Source: Candidatus Avispirillum sp. (GTDB lineage: Bacteria > Bacillota > Clostridia > Oscillospirales > CAG-272). Taken from it: 45,391 nt of DNA. Below the pieces are notes generated by a model. It was given only the letters and a program-made list of their open reading frames with translations. It searched no databases and was not told the origin of the DNA. Positions 18,548-28,433 of the stretch are shown here, piece after piece. Where the stretch lies: positions 1 through 45,391 of the forward strand of contig JAZUGU010000080.1 in the NCBI GenBank assembly GCA_045641325.1. Reading direction: 5' to 3'. How positions within the stretch are numbered: position 1 is the first letter of the stretch; the number at the start of each line of letters is the position of its first letter. The translations under genes were made by a program, and so were the position numbers.

Positions 18548-19309
18548 ATGAAAAAAGAAATTTCAAGACAGGGTGATTCACTCATCTTCGAAGGAATAAC
18601 TTCGATATCAGCCGTTATAAACGGCGGTTACAGAAAGATCGAAAGAATACTCATTGACCGTGAAAAGTGCGAAAAGAAGGCCCGTGAGGTCAATTTTCTC
18701 ACTAAAATGAAAGATGTTCACGGTTATAGTATGGATTTTGTAACCGGGGACCAAATAGAAATGCTTTCAACCGGCAATTCACACGGAGGCATCATTGCAG
18801 AATGCTCCGACAGGTCCATTCCCGGAATCGACGGATTAAGCGTGTCTGAAAAAGGATTTTACGTCATGATCGACGGTATTGAAGATCCTTATAATTTCGG
18901 TTATGCACTGCGCTCAATATATGCCGCCGGAGCAGATGCAGTTATACTTACCCCGAGAAACTGGATGAGTGCAGCCGGCGTCGTATGCAGATCATCAGCC
19001 GGTGCATCGGAGCTTCTGCCGTTATATACTGCAGAAGGCACCGCGGCATGTAAGTTTTTCAAAGACAGAAATATTAAAATAGCCGCCGCCGGAATACGTG
19101 ATTCCGTTTCCGCTTTTGATGCAGATCTTTCCCTTCCTCTGTTTCTTATCGTAGGCGGCGAAAAACGGGGTATTTCTTCTTCAGTTCTGAATCTTTGCGA
19201 TCTGACAGTTCGTCTCGATTACGGACGTGATTTCAAAGGCTCTCTGTCTGCCGCTTCTGCCGCGTCGATCCTCTCATATGAAATACTGAGGCAGAACAGA
19301 AACAAATAG
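18548..19309 (+). CDS. SpoU/TrmH-family RNA 2'-O-methyltransferase
   Basis: DGIEDPYNFG..LRS, SSAGA, VGGEKRGIS, SLSAASA. Confidence 0.88.
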   Translation: MKKEISRQGDSLIFEGITSISAVINGGYRKIERILIDREKCEKKAREVNFLTKMKDVHGYSMDFVTGDQIEMLSTGNSHGGIIAECSDRSIPGIDGLSVSEKGFYVMIDGIEDPYNFGYALRSIYAAGADAVILTPRNWMSAAGVVCRSSAGASELLPLYTAEGTAACKFFKDRNIKIAAAGIRDSVSAFDADLSLPLFLIVGGEKRGISSSVLNLCDLTVRLDYGRDFKGSLSAASAASILSYEILRQNRNK

Positions 19310-19406
19310 CCACAACCACTTTAATTTGCCATATATATTTATACCATAGATGCCAACAATATTACTGTGATGAATTTCACGTAATACAGCAAACGGGGTA
19401 AATATT

Positions 19407-19631
19407 ATGACAAAGAATACAAACGGTATGTCCTGCCTTGCAAAATATATTGCATGCGGAATGATAATCGGTTCGGCACTGGGTACTGCGGCCGCAGTCC
19501 TTCTGAAAAATATGAAGAAGACGAAATCATGCGGCTGTTCAAGAACTGCCGATACACTTCGCACAAAGGCTGCAAACGCTATGGACACTATAGGAACCGT
19601 GATGCAGAATATCGCGGACATGACAAGATGA
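19407..19631 (+). CDS. Small membrane-associated hypothetical protein
   Basis: GGGG RBS; GMIIGSALGTAAAV hydrophobic segment then amphipathic helix; followed by a terminator. Confidence 0.6.
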   Translation: MTKNTNGMSCLAKYIACGMIIGSALGTAAAVLLKNMKKTKSCGCSRTADTLRTKAANAMDTIGTVMQNIADMTR

Positions 19632-19661
19632 AAAACAGCCGGACACAGTCCGGCCGTTTTT
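19631..19661. terminator. Bidirectional intrinsic terminator
   Basis: AAAAACAGCCGGAC-ACA-GTCCGGCCGTTTTT. Confidence 0.78.
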
Positions 19662-19664
19662 ATT

Positions 19665-20384
19665 TTACTGTTCTTTTCTCTTACCGAGATATGCTTCTTT
19701 GACAGCTTCATTGGAAAGGAGCTCTGCGCCTGTTCCCTCCATGGTGATGGAACCCGTTTCAAGAACGTAAGCTTTATCACAGATCTGAAGTGCCATATTG
19801 GCATTCTGTTCTATAAGGAGAACGGTGATGCCGTTATCGTTTATAGTGCGAATGATCTTGAAGATATCCTGTACAACAAGAGGAGCAAGTCCAAGTGAAG
19901 GCTCATCCATCATAAGAAGTTCGGGACGTGACATGAGCGCTCTGCCTACTGCAAGCATCTGCTGTTCACCGCCGGAAAGCGTTCCGGCAAGCTGCCACTC
20001 TCTTTCCTTAAGACGAGGAAACAGCGAATATACGTACTCAAAATCCCCGGAGAGGTCATCCTTTCGGAGATATGCGCCGATGCGAAGGTTTTCTTTTACG
20101 GTAAGGTTCGGGAAAACACGTCTTCCCTCCGGTACCATGACTACTCCTGACTTAACTATCTTATCGGGAGAAAGACCGATAAGACTCTTATCTTTGTATG
20201 TAATTTCTGCTTTCTTGGGTTTAACAAGTCCGGAAATTGCTTTAAGTGTGGTGCTCTTTCCCGCACCGTTGGCACCGATGAGAGTTACTATCTGTCCCTT
20301 CGGAACGCTTAAGCTTATACCCTTAACGGCTTCTATACCGCCGTAGCTGACGTACAGATCTTTAATTTCGAGAATGTTATCCAA
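19665..20384 (-). CDS. livF: Branched-chain amino acid ABC ATPase
   Basis: GANGAGKST, VPEGRRVF, LSGGEQQMLA, DEPSLGLAP. Confidence 0.93.
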   Translation of the reverse strand: MDNILEIKDLYVSYGGIEAVKGISLSVPKGQIVTLIGANGAGKSTTLKAISGLVKPKKAEITYKDKSLIGLSPDKIVKSGVVMVPEGRRVFPNLTVKENLRIGAYLRKDDLSGDFEYVYSLFPRLKEREWQLAGTLSGGEQQMLAVGRALMSRPELLMMDEPSLGLAPLVVQDIFKIIRTINDNGITVLLIEQNANMALQICDKAYVLETGSITMEGTGAELLSNEAVKEAYLGKRKEQ

Positions 20385-21222
20385 CGTCGCTCACCCCCAA
20401 ATATGCATCAATAACACGCTGATCAGCCTGTACCTCGGCGGGTACGCCCTGGCTGATGACTTTTCCGAAATCGATAACGTATATTCTGTCGGAAATATCC
20501 ATGACAAGGTTCATGTGATGCTCAATAAGGAATACGGAAAGATCATATTTATCACGTATGTCACAAATGAACTGAGAAAGCTCTGACGTTTCCTGCGGGT
20601 TCATACCTGCGGCGGGCTCGTCAAGCAGAAGAAGAGAGGGCTTTGTTGCGAGAGCACGAGCGATCTCCAGTCTTCTCTGATATCCGTAAGGAAGAGACGT
20701 GGCAAGCTCATCAGCAAATTTATCGAGGCCCTGCTCAACGAGCAGTTCCATGGTTTCCTCACGCATCAGTTTTTCTTCGGAGGCATTGAGATGGAACATG
20801 GCGGAAAACACGCTTTGTTTAGCATTGAGGTGCTTTGCTGTCAGAACGTTGTCAAACACCGTCATGCTCTTCCAAAGACGTATGTTCTGGAAAGTACGGG
20901 CAATTCCCTTCTTCGTAATTACATCGGGTGTAGGATGTAGCACCTTGCCGAGATACATATCCGCGTTCTCACCCTTATAATTTCTGACCATCTTGCCGTG
21001 AGGATGATTGCGGACAATCGTTTCACCGTTGAATTCAACAAGTCCGTTCGTCGGTTCGTAAACACCGGTCACGCAGTTGAACGCCGTGGTTTTTCCGGCA
21101 CCGTTAGGACCGATAAGAGCTACGATTTCACCTTTGTTGATGTCAAGAGTGAGGTTATTTACGGCGACAACACCGCCGAACTGCATGGTAACGTTTTCAA
21201 CGTGTAATACATTACTGCTCAT
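20377..21222 (-). CDS. livG: Branched-chain amino acid ABC ATPase
   Basis: GPNGAGKTT, ARTFQNIRL, LPYGYQRRLEIARA, DEPAAGMN. Confidence 0.93.
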   Translation of the reverse strand: MSSNVLHVENVTMQFGGVVAVNNLTLDINKGEIVALIGPNGAGKTTAFNCVTGVYEPTNGLVEFNGETIVRNHPHGKMVRNYKGENADMYLGKVLHPTPDVITKKGIARTFQNIRLWKSMTVFDNVLTAKHLNAKQSVFSAMFHLNASEEKLMREETMELLVEQGLDKFADELATSLPYGYQRRLEIARALATKPSLLLLDEPAAGMNPQETSELSQFICDIRDKYDLSVFLIEHHMNLVMDISDRIYVIDFGKVISQGVPAEVQADQRVIDAYLGVSDVG

Positions 21223-22396
21223 TTTCCGTTACCTCCGCAGATTTATTTTTCTTTTTTGAGAAAAGCTTACTGAACGACAGTTCTTTATCTCCCATGATTC
21301 CCTTGGAGAAGAACAGCACGATTATCATAATGACGACGGAGAACACGACTTTTCTGAAACCGTCACGGAAGAACGGAACGGAAAGACCGAACACTTCACC
21401 GCTGTCAAGAAATCTGAGCCACCATTCAGAGCATGCGATATAAAGGAACGCACCGATACAGCTTCCGGTAACGGAGCCTATACCGCCAATTACTACGATG
21501 AGAAGGATCTCGTATGTCATAGCTGTCATAAAGGCACTTGCCTGCACGGTTGTCTGGTACATTGCGAGAAGCGCACCGCCGACACCGGCGAAGAAGGAGC
21601 TTATAACAAATGACATTCTCTTGTGCTTTGCAAGATTGATGCCCATTGCTTCTGCTGCGACCTCATCATCACGTATAGCTTTGAAAGCTCTGCCGAACGA
21701 AGAATTAATGAGAAGCACTATAAGGAGTATACAAAGAGCGACAATGATGAACGGAAACAGCGTACTTAACTTGAGAGTAAAGCTTCCGAAGGTAATCTTC
21801 ATATCGGAGAATGAAGTATACTTGCGAAGCAGGTTCGAACCGTTTGTAACAGGTCCGAGCACGTCCCACTGTGCAAACGCTCTGATGATCTCCGCAAATC
21901 CGAGAGAGGCTATGGCAAGGTAGTCACTCTTGAGCCGAAGCACGGGAATACCGATGAGGAATGCAAAAAATGCAGCGACAGCGCCTGCTATAATGATACA
22001 TGCAACAGACCCGAAGAAATTACCTGCATTTTCACCGAGGACTTCGGCAAAAATCTCGGGGATCGAGAATTTAATGAGTCCGCCGTCAAAATACTGATAT
22101 ACTGCATCATGGGAAGCGGCAGAGATAGAGAACGCCGCATAAGTGTATGCACCGAGAAGCATGAATCCTGCCTGACCAAGGGAGAACAGACCCGTGAAGC
22201 CGTTCAGAAGGTTCATTGAAACACAAACCAGAGAATATATGGCTCCCTTTTTAAGAACGGGTATCAGCATCAGAGTGAACGAATTCATGGGGAAAACGTT
22301 ATCAAGCAGAAGCAAGAGCACAAATACGACTGCGATGCAGATCAAGGCAACAAGGGTACCTTTGTATGATTTTTTCTGATTTATCATTTTACTCAT
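21212..22396 (-). CDS. livM: Branched-chain amino acid ABC permease
   Basis: GLFSLGQAGF, LRLKSDYLAIASLGFAEI, AIRDDEVAAEAMG. Confidence 0.92.
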   Translation of the reverse strand: MSKMINQKKSYKGTLVALICIAVVFVLLLLLDNVFPMNSFTLMLIPVLKKGAIYSLVCVSMNLLNGFTGLFSLGQAGFMLLGAYTYAAFSISAASHDAVYQYFDGGLIKFSIPEIFAEVLGENAGNFFGSVACIIIAGAVAAFFAFLIGIPVLRLKSDYLAIASLGFAEIIRAFAQWDVLGPVTNGSNLLRKYTSFSDMKITFGSFTLKLSTLFPFIIVALCILLIVLLINSSFGRAFKAIRDDEVAAEAMGINLAKHKRMSFVISSFFAGVGGALLAMYQTTVQASAFMTAMTYEILLIVVIGGIGSVTGSCIGAFLYIACSEWWLRFLDSGEVFGLSVPFFRDGFRKVVFSVVIMIIVLFFSKGIMGDKELSFSKLFSKKKNKSAEVTENEQ

Positions 22397-22404
22397 ACTG
22401 CACC

Positions 22405-23295
22405 TCACACCTTATCCGTAGTCTTCTCACCGAAAATACCGGTAGGTTTAACGGCAAGGATGACTATCAGAAGAACGAAAGTGAAAGCATCGGAGAACGT
22501 GGTATAGCCGAGGCCCTTAATAATGTTCTCGCAGATACCTATGATGAATGCACCTACGACAGCACCGGGAACAGAGCCGATGCCTCCGAATACAGCGGCA
22601 ACGAATGCTTTAAGACCGGGCATTGCGCCGGACGTGGGAATTACGGATGAGTAATTGGAAAAATACAGCAGAGATCCGACTGCCGCAAGACCGCATCCGA
22701 TAATAAAGGTAAAGGAAATTACGGAATTGATTTTAATGCCCATGAGCTGCGATGTCGTAAAGTCCTTGGAAACCGCGCGCATAGCCATACCGATCTTTGT
22801 ATACTTGATAAATATAACAAGAATGGCTACAAGAACGATTACTATCACGGGAGTGATAACGGTGACTCGGCTTGTTGTTGCACCAAACACAGTGATTTTA
22901 TCGGAAAGCCACGGGATCTTGGGATAGATCTTGGGAAGACCTCCGGTAAAATAAAGAGCGCAGTTCTGAAGAAGATACGATACGCCGATCGCAGATATCA
23001 TAACGGACATTCTGGGCGCGGAACGGAGCGGCTTGTAAGCAACACGCTCAATCACAACGCCGAGGATTATCGTGGCTATGATCACAATGGGGATCGTAAT
23101 ATAGAAAGGCAGTCCCGATGCGGTAAGATACACCATCACAAGACCGGAGACCATAAAGATATCGCCGTGAGCGAAATTTATCAGTCTCAATATACCGTAC
23201 ACCATGGTATATCCTATGGCAATCAGAGCGTACTGACCGCCGACGGATATTCCGGCAAGAATATACGGCAGATTTTTAGCAAGAAAAGCAGCCAT
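22405..23295 (-). CDS. livH: Branched-chain amino acid ABC permease
   Basis: YALIAIGYTMVYGILRLINFAHGD, KAFVAAVFGGIGS. Confidence 0.93.
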   Translation of the reverse strand: MAAFLAKNLPYILAGISVGGQYALIAIGYTMVYGILRLINFAHGDIFMVSGLVMVYLTASGLPFYITIPIVIIATIILGVVIERVAYKPLRSAPRMSVMISAIGVSYLLQNCALYFTGGLPKIYPKIPWLSDKITVFGATTSRVTVITPVIVIVLVAILVIFIKYTKIGMAMRAVSKDFTTSQLMGIKINSVISFTFIIGCGLAAVGSLLYFSNYSSVIPTSGAMPGLKAFVAAVFGGIGSVPGAVVGAFIIGICENIIKGLGYTTFSDAFTFVLLIVILAVKPTGIFGEKTTDKV

Positions 23296-23443
23296 AATAT
23301 ATGTATTGCCTCCAGTTGATTTGCAAAATGCTTAAAAATACTCTCTTCAAAAAGAAAGAATTTCTAAGCACTTTCCTTTTGAAAGAGTTATGGCGAGAAC
23401 TGTATTGTTCCCGCCATAATCTCAATACTCTTATAGCGATAAA

Positions 23444-24625
23444 TTACTTAACGGACTGCTGAGAAACGAAGTCCCAAGCACCGGTCTCGGTATTAGCGCT
23501 TTTGATATAAGCAGTGTCACGGATAGCATCGCCGATCTCGTCGAACTGGATGTTGCCGCTGACACCGGTGTAGGTAACGCCGGGAAGAGCTGCCATGATC
23601 TTGGCAGGATCTTTGGAATCAGCTGCCTTGATAGCCTCAAGTGCGGTATAGTATGCATCGTAACCCATTGCGGAAACAGCTGCGATGATATCGTTGCCGC
23701 CGTTGTTGGTCAGATACTGCTCGTTGCCCTCGGTGTTGAGCCATTCCTTGATGCCGTTATCGAATTCGGGGTTGCCGCCTTCCTGATAGAAGGTGGAAAC
23801 GTAGATCTGAAGATCCTTGCCGGTTGCGGCTTCGAGGATAACGTTGGAATCCCATGTGTCGCCTGCAACGATCGGAATGTTGATACCCTGCGCATCTGCC
23901 TGGTCAACGATAAGCTGAGCATAGGAGATAGAGCAAGGAGCGAAAATAACTTCAGCGCCCTCATTCTTAGCCTTGGTGAGGAAAGAAGTGAAGTCGGAGT
24001 TGTCCTTCTGGAAGGATTCCTGAGTTACGGACATGCCGAGGCTCTCAGCTGCCTGTGCGAAGTAGTTGATCAGACCCTGGTCGTAGTCGTTTCCGAGCTG
24101 GCCGAGGCAGTATGCCTTCTTTGCACCGAACTGCTCGGATGCGAAGTTAGCAAGAACCGTGCCCTGGAAGGGATCCAGGAAGCATACTCTGAAGTAGTGA
24201 TCGTTGCCCTCGGTAACCTGAGGGTTGGTACATGTAACACCGATAACGGGAATGCCTGCATCCTTGAAAGTATCGGAACCGGCGATGGATACGGAAGAAC
24301 CGTAAGAACCGAGAACTACGGAACAGCCTGCGGATACGAGAGTGGAGGCTGCGGATACAGCCTTGTCGTTGGAAGACTCGTTGTCAGCATACTTGAGCTC
24401 TACCTTGTACTCTTCACCGCCGATAGTAACGGTAGGAGTGAGGTAGTTCGCATACTGCATACCGAGAGTTTCCTGCTTGCCGCCTGCGCCGTTGTCACCG
24501 GAGGAAGGCTCGAAAACGCCGATGTAAATTACTTTTTCGTCAGTCTTCTCACCGCAGGAGGTAACGAACAGAGCGCAACCGAGGCAGAGAGAAACTGCAA
24601 GTACGAGTGCTAAAATTTTCTTCAT
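23444..24625 (-). CDS. livK: Branched-chain amino acid ABC substrate-binding lipoprotein (LivK/LivJ family)
   Basis: Lipoprotein signal (VTSC), FRVCFLDPFQG, first gene of the liv operon. Confidence 0.88.
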   Translation of the reverse strand: MKKILALVLAVSLCLGCALFVTSCGEKTDEKVIYIGVFEPSSGDNGAGGKQETLGMQYANYLTPTVTIGGEEYKVELKYADNESSNDKAVSAASTLVSAGCSVVLGSYGSSVSIAGSDTFKDAGIPVIGVTCTNPQVTEGNDHYFRVCFLDPFQGTVLANFASEQFGAKKAYCLGQLGNDYDQGLINYFAQAAESLGMSVTQESFQKDNSDFTSFLTKAKNEGAEVIFAPCSISYAQLIVDQADAQGINIPIVAGDTWDSNVILEAATGKDLQIYVSTFYQEGGNPEFDNGIKEWLNTEGNEQYLTNNGGNDIIAAVSAMGYDAYYTALEAIKAADSKDPAKIMAALPGVTYTGVSGNIQFDEIGDAIRDTAYIKSANTETGAWDFVSQQSVK

Positions 24626-24827
24626 GATTTTTCCTTTCTTGCACCTTCTGGTGCAAACAGATTATTAAAGGTAAATCAGAGATTTACACTTAATGTAGTA
24701 ATTATAATTCAAAAACAGCGAAAAGTCAATGAAAAGAGGACATTTTTTGAATAAATCTTGAACATATCATTCATTTTAGGAACTTTTAACAAAATGTCAA
24801 TTGGATAATTGTGCAAAGTACAAGGAT

Positions 24828-24866
24828 AAAAACAGAGCCTGCGGGGAAACCGCAGGCTCTGTTTTT
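24828..24866 (-). terminator. Intrinsic terminator of the catabolic operon
   Basis: AAAAACAGAGCCTGCGG-GGAAA-CCGCAGGCTCTGTTTTT. Confidence 0.85.
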
Positions 24867-24868
24867 AA

Positions 24869-25834
24869 TTATTCAGCTTTGATTTCGGATAATTCTACGA
24901 CCCTTCCGCCTTCTTCACGGCTTCTGAGTCCCGCGATAACAAGCTTCATAAGCTCAACACTATCCTCGAAAGGAACAGGCTCAACGCCGGTGCGGAGCCA
25001 GTTTACGAACAGGTCAAGCTGTTTCTTGAATGCATAATATGAATCGTTGCACTGCACGTAGTTGCTTCCAGCAGTACCGATCATAAGCATACCGGAACCG
25101 GCCATGCCGATTCCCTGCGGAATATCAACACGGCAACCGCTTTTATGGATAAGATGCACCTGTGCCTGCTCATATATGCCAGTATTCTGTGCGGAAATAA
25201 AGCCGGAGCCGAGGAGAGGATACATCTGTTCAAGTGCATGAATTCCGTAGGTTTCCCACTTCTTTGACATAGGCGCGCAGATGTACATGAGTTTTCCGAG
25301 CTCATATGTGGAAGCATAATATGGCTCAAACTCTTTTGCATATCTCATGCAGGAAGAAGTAATAAACTGTTTACCTTCTTTTCTCCACTTTACGAACGTC
25401 TGAAGGTCCTCTTCGGTGTTTACAAGAGGCTTGTCGATAAACATGGGAATTCCAGCATCGAGGAAAGGCTTGCAGCGCTCAACGTGCTCATTGCCGTCGT
25501 CGGTAGCGCAAATAACTGCATCGACCTGACCTATCATTTCAAGGGGATCGTCAACAACGTTGGGAATATTGGAGGCTTTTGCCATGTGCTCTGCCATTTC
25601 TCTTTCGGCATATCCCGTGCAGCAGATATGGGTAATATGAGCTCCGGGAATTCCGATCGTACAAGCAGGCTGCTTATAAAGGTACTCGGGAATTACGGGG
25701 AAAGGGCAATCATCCATATATTCCTTGTTATATCCGTTGAACATGGCGCTCCACGAATAGGGATGTCCGTTACCCTCGGTCATACCGAGGATACCAATTT
25801 TCAGTTCTTTATCACCAAGCGGTACTTTTGCCAT
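24869..25834 (-). CDS. Gfo/Idh/MocA-family oxidoreductase
   Basis: KIGILG..EGNGHPYSWS, VDAV...DDG..H, FIDKPL. Confidence 0.8.
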   Translation of the reverse strand: MAKVPLGDKELKIGILGMTEGNGHPYSWSAMFNGYNKEYMDDCPFPVIPEYLYKQPACTIGIPGAHITHICCTGYAEREMAEHMAKASNIPNVVDDPLEMIGQVDAVICATDDGNEHVERCKPFLDAGIPMFIDKPLVNTEEDLQTFVKWRKEGKQFITSSCMRYAKEFEPYYASTYELGKLMYICAPMSKKWETYGIHALEQMYPLLGSGFISAQNTGIYEQAQVHLIHKSGCRVDIPQGIGMAGSGMLMIGTAGSNYVQCNDSYYAFKKQLDLFVNWLRTGVEPVPFEDSVELMKLVIAGLRSREEGGRVVELSEIKAE

Positions 25835-25858
25835 TTTTATTGCCAAACCTTTCTTGAT

Positions 25859-26794
25859 TTACTTTTTAGGACGTGACAGAACTTCCATGATTTTGGGAAT
25901 ATTCACGTCCTTAAATGTTTCTTTGATCGCCGCAGTTGTTTCCTCGCTGATGTGAGGAGCCTCAAAATACTTCGCATTTGCAAGTACCTGGGAGCTGTTA
26001 TCGGATCCAAGCACAAGGCTTGTGATGCCGGGCACGTCACGCATAAATGAGATTGCGATCTCGGCGATGCTCATTCCCTCTTTTTCTGCGTATTCACGAA
26101 GCTTAAGTATCTTCGGTTTTGCATACTCAAGGAGGATAGGGTCGGTCATCGTATCCGTATCGAGGAAGAAAACGCCCTGCAGGAATACGCTTCTTACGAA
26201 TACGGTGAATTCTCTCAAACGGAGCTTTTCAACTACTCCGCAGTTAATGAGCCTCTGGTCAAAAATGCTCATGGGTATCTGTGTCGCGGTGTACTCGGGA
26301 TGCTTGAGGACTTCATAAACGTCCTCTTCCGTATAAACGGATACGCCGACCATGTCACAGTATCCTCTTGAAGGAAGCGTGCCCATAATTTTTGCCGTAA
26401 TGTCTGCCTTATGATAAAGGTTGCGGGAATTATGGAGCATGATGTTATTTACTTTGGAAACACCAAGCTTTGAGAGGGATGTTTCAACGTTTTCAATGAT
26501 GAACTTCTCTATCTCAGCATCGTCTTCTACCGTGAACTCGGGAACTTTTGTTGTGATAAAAGGTTTCTCCTCAACTGTTGCGAGGAATTTACCGAGTACG
26601 TCCTCGGAATTTCCGTATGCTCTTGCGGTATCAAGGCTGCACACACCGTTATCGAGAGCAGTTCTGAGCATTTCAAAGCTCTGCTCTTGTTTGGGCTGGC
26701 CAGCATTATTGGCGATGCCGTAATTCATACCGAGCTGTACCGTACCGAGAGACATCTCGGAAACGCGGGAGCCGCATATAGTTTTGAATTTCAT
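25859..26794 (-). CDS. Aldo/keto reductase
   Basis: LGTVQLGMNYG, DTARAYG.SE, ITTK, GVSVY, VRSVFLQG. Confidence 0.9.
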   Translation of the reverse strand: MKFKTICGSRVSEMSLGTVQLGMNYGIANNAGQPKQEQSFEMLRTALDNGVCSLDTARAYGNSEDVLGKFLATVEEKPFITTKVPEFTVEDDAEIEKFIIENVETSLSKLGVSKVNNIMLHNSRNLYHKADITAKIMGTLPSRGYCDMVGVSVYTEEDVYEVLKHPEYTATQIPMSIFDQRLINCGVVEKLRLREFTVFVRSVFLQGVFFLDTDTMTDPILLEYAKPKILKLREYAEKEGMSIAEIAISFMRDVPGITSLVLGSDNSSQVLANAKYFEAPHISEETTAAIKETFKDVNIPKIMEVLSRPKK

Positions 26795-27591
26795 TATTTG
26801 ACCTCGGAAATCGTTCTTCCGCTGATGGAATCGGCGATATTGCCGTAGTACTGCCACAGACCGACAACGTCGGCGCCGGCGGAAATAAAGGTATATCCTT
26901 CCGAAACAAGTTCATCGAAGTTACCGGGTCCGCCTACCGTACCTGCCCACTTACCGTGACGGCGTGCACATTCTGCGATCTTCTTTCTGGTTTCGATGAT
27001 TTCGGGAAGATCACACTCGTAAGGATGTCCGATACCCTGGCTGAAATCGCCGGGGCCGAAGAAAATCATGTCGATTCCGGGAAGCGCACAGATCTCCTCA
27101 AGCTCGGTGAGAGGCTCGGGATCTTCGATCTGAACTACAACGAATCTCTGCTCGTTTGCAGATTTTACATATTCAAACTCGTTGACAAGACAGTATGCAC
27201 CGTCAGCATTTCCGCCGTCGATGGGTCTTCTGCCAACGGGATGGAATTTGGTGAAATAAACGATTTTCTTTGCTTCCTCAAGGCTCATAAGATGAGGAAC
27301 CATGATGCCGGAGGAATCACCCTCGAGAGGGCGGACGATGTCGCTGTAACATCCTTTTGACACTCTCGTAAGGACGTCAACGTCAAAATTCTTTGCAGCT
27401 CTGACGGAATTCTCAATGAAAGACATATCATTGGGTACATGCTCCATGTCTACCCAGACACAGTCAAAACCGCACATGGCGGCAATCTCAACATTACGGA
27501 GATCGCTAAGGTTAAGTTTGATGCAAGTAGCTACTTTGCCGGATCTCATCTGGCGAAGTACTCTGCTTTCTCTCATGTGAATAGTCTGCAT
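26794..27591 (-). CDS. HpcH/HpaI class II aldolase
   Basis: GFDCVWVDMEH, GIMVPH, VQIED, DMIFFGPGD. Confidence 0.9.
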   Translation of the reverse strand: MQTIHMRESRVLRQMRSGKVATCIKLNLSDLRNVEIAAMCGFDCVWVDMEHVPNDMSFIENSVRAAKNFDVDVLTRVSKGCYSDIVRPLEGDSSGIMVPHLMSLEEAKKIVYFTKFHPVGRRPIDGGNADGAYCLVNEFEYVKSANEQRFVVVQIEDPEPLTELEEICALPGIDMIFFGPGDFSQGIGHPYECDLPEIIETRKKIAECARRHGKWAGTVGGPGNFDELVSEGYTFISAGADVVGLWQYYGNIADSISGRTISEVK

Positions 27592-27621
27592 AATTAGCCT
27601 CTTTATGTCCTAAATTTTATC

Positions 27622-28419
27622 CTATCTTGCAGTATAACCGCCATCAACGTTGATAGCAGCGCCGGTAATATAAGATGATGCATCGGATGCCAGGAATACG
27701 AGAACGCCCTGAATGTCTTTCTCGTTTGCCATTCTGCCGAGGTAAGTCATCTTTGCATATTTTTCAAGAAAATCGGGATGCTGGTTATTGAAGAGTCCGC
27801 CCAGATTGAGGCAGTTAACTCTGACGCCTGCGGCGCCGTATCTTCCCGCCATGAATCTGGTAAGATTCAGCATACCGCCTTTGTGGAAGAAATAATCGGG
27901 TGCGCCGATAGCATCCATTTCGGGATGTCCCTCATAGAGATAGGGGTTTGAGCCGCAGATACCCATATAGGAACCTATATTGATAATGCTTCCGCCGCCC
28001 ATTTTCTCCATATGATTTCCGAATGCACGGGTGATCGCAAACAGTCCTGTGCAGTTAACTGCCATAGACTTTGCAAAGTCTTCAATGGGACCGTCGTATT
28101 CGCCCATGGGACGGAGAACGGAGTTATTTACAAGGATATCAACTTGGCCGTCACGTGCGATCATTCTGTCAAGAAGCGCTTTGATGCTCTCTTCATCCTC
28201 CTGATCGTAGCTGTCCGCATATACCTTCTCATAGCCCATTTTATTGAGCTCATCACAGAAAGTCTTACACTTGTCATATCCTCTGGAAGCACAGCAAACG
28301 GTAGCGCCGGCATCCGCGAGAGCAATGACCATCTGCTTTCCGTAATAACCGGAACCTCCGGTTACAAGAGCAACTTTTCCGTCAAGGCGGAATCTGTCGA
28401 TTATATTAGCTCTTTCCAT
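27622..28419 (-). CDS. Short-chain dehydrogenase/reductase
   Basis: VTGGSGYYG, DILVNN, YFFHKGG (YxxxK), VDGG. Confidence 0.9.
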   Translation of the reverse strand: MERANIIDRFRLDGKVALVTGGSGYYGKQMVIALADAGATVCCASRGYDKCKTFCDELNKMGYEKVYADSYDQEDEESIKALLDRMIARDGQVDILVNNSVLRPMGEYDGPIEDFAKSMAVNCTGLFAITRAFGNHMEKMGGGSIINIGSYMGICGSNPYLYEGHPEMDAIGAPDYFFHKGGMLNLTRFMAGRYGAAGVRVNCLNLGGLFNNQHPDFLEKYAKMTYLGRMANEKDIQGVLVFLASDASSYITGAAINVDGGYTAR

Positions 28420-28433
28420 AGTTCTTCCCTTTC

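Noticed and set aside
20920-21020. Extra segment of about 25 aa in LivG
   Set aside because: In frame with all ABC motifs intact; no intein or repeat features, likely a lineage-specific loop.
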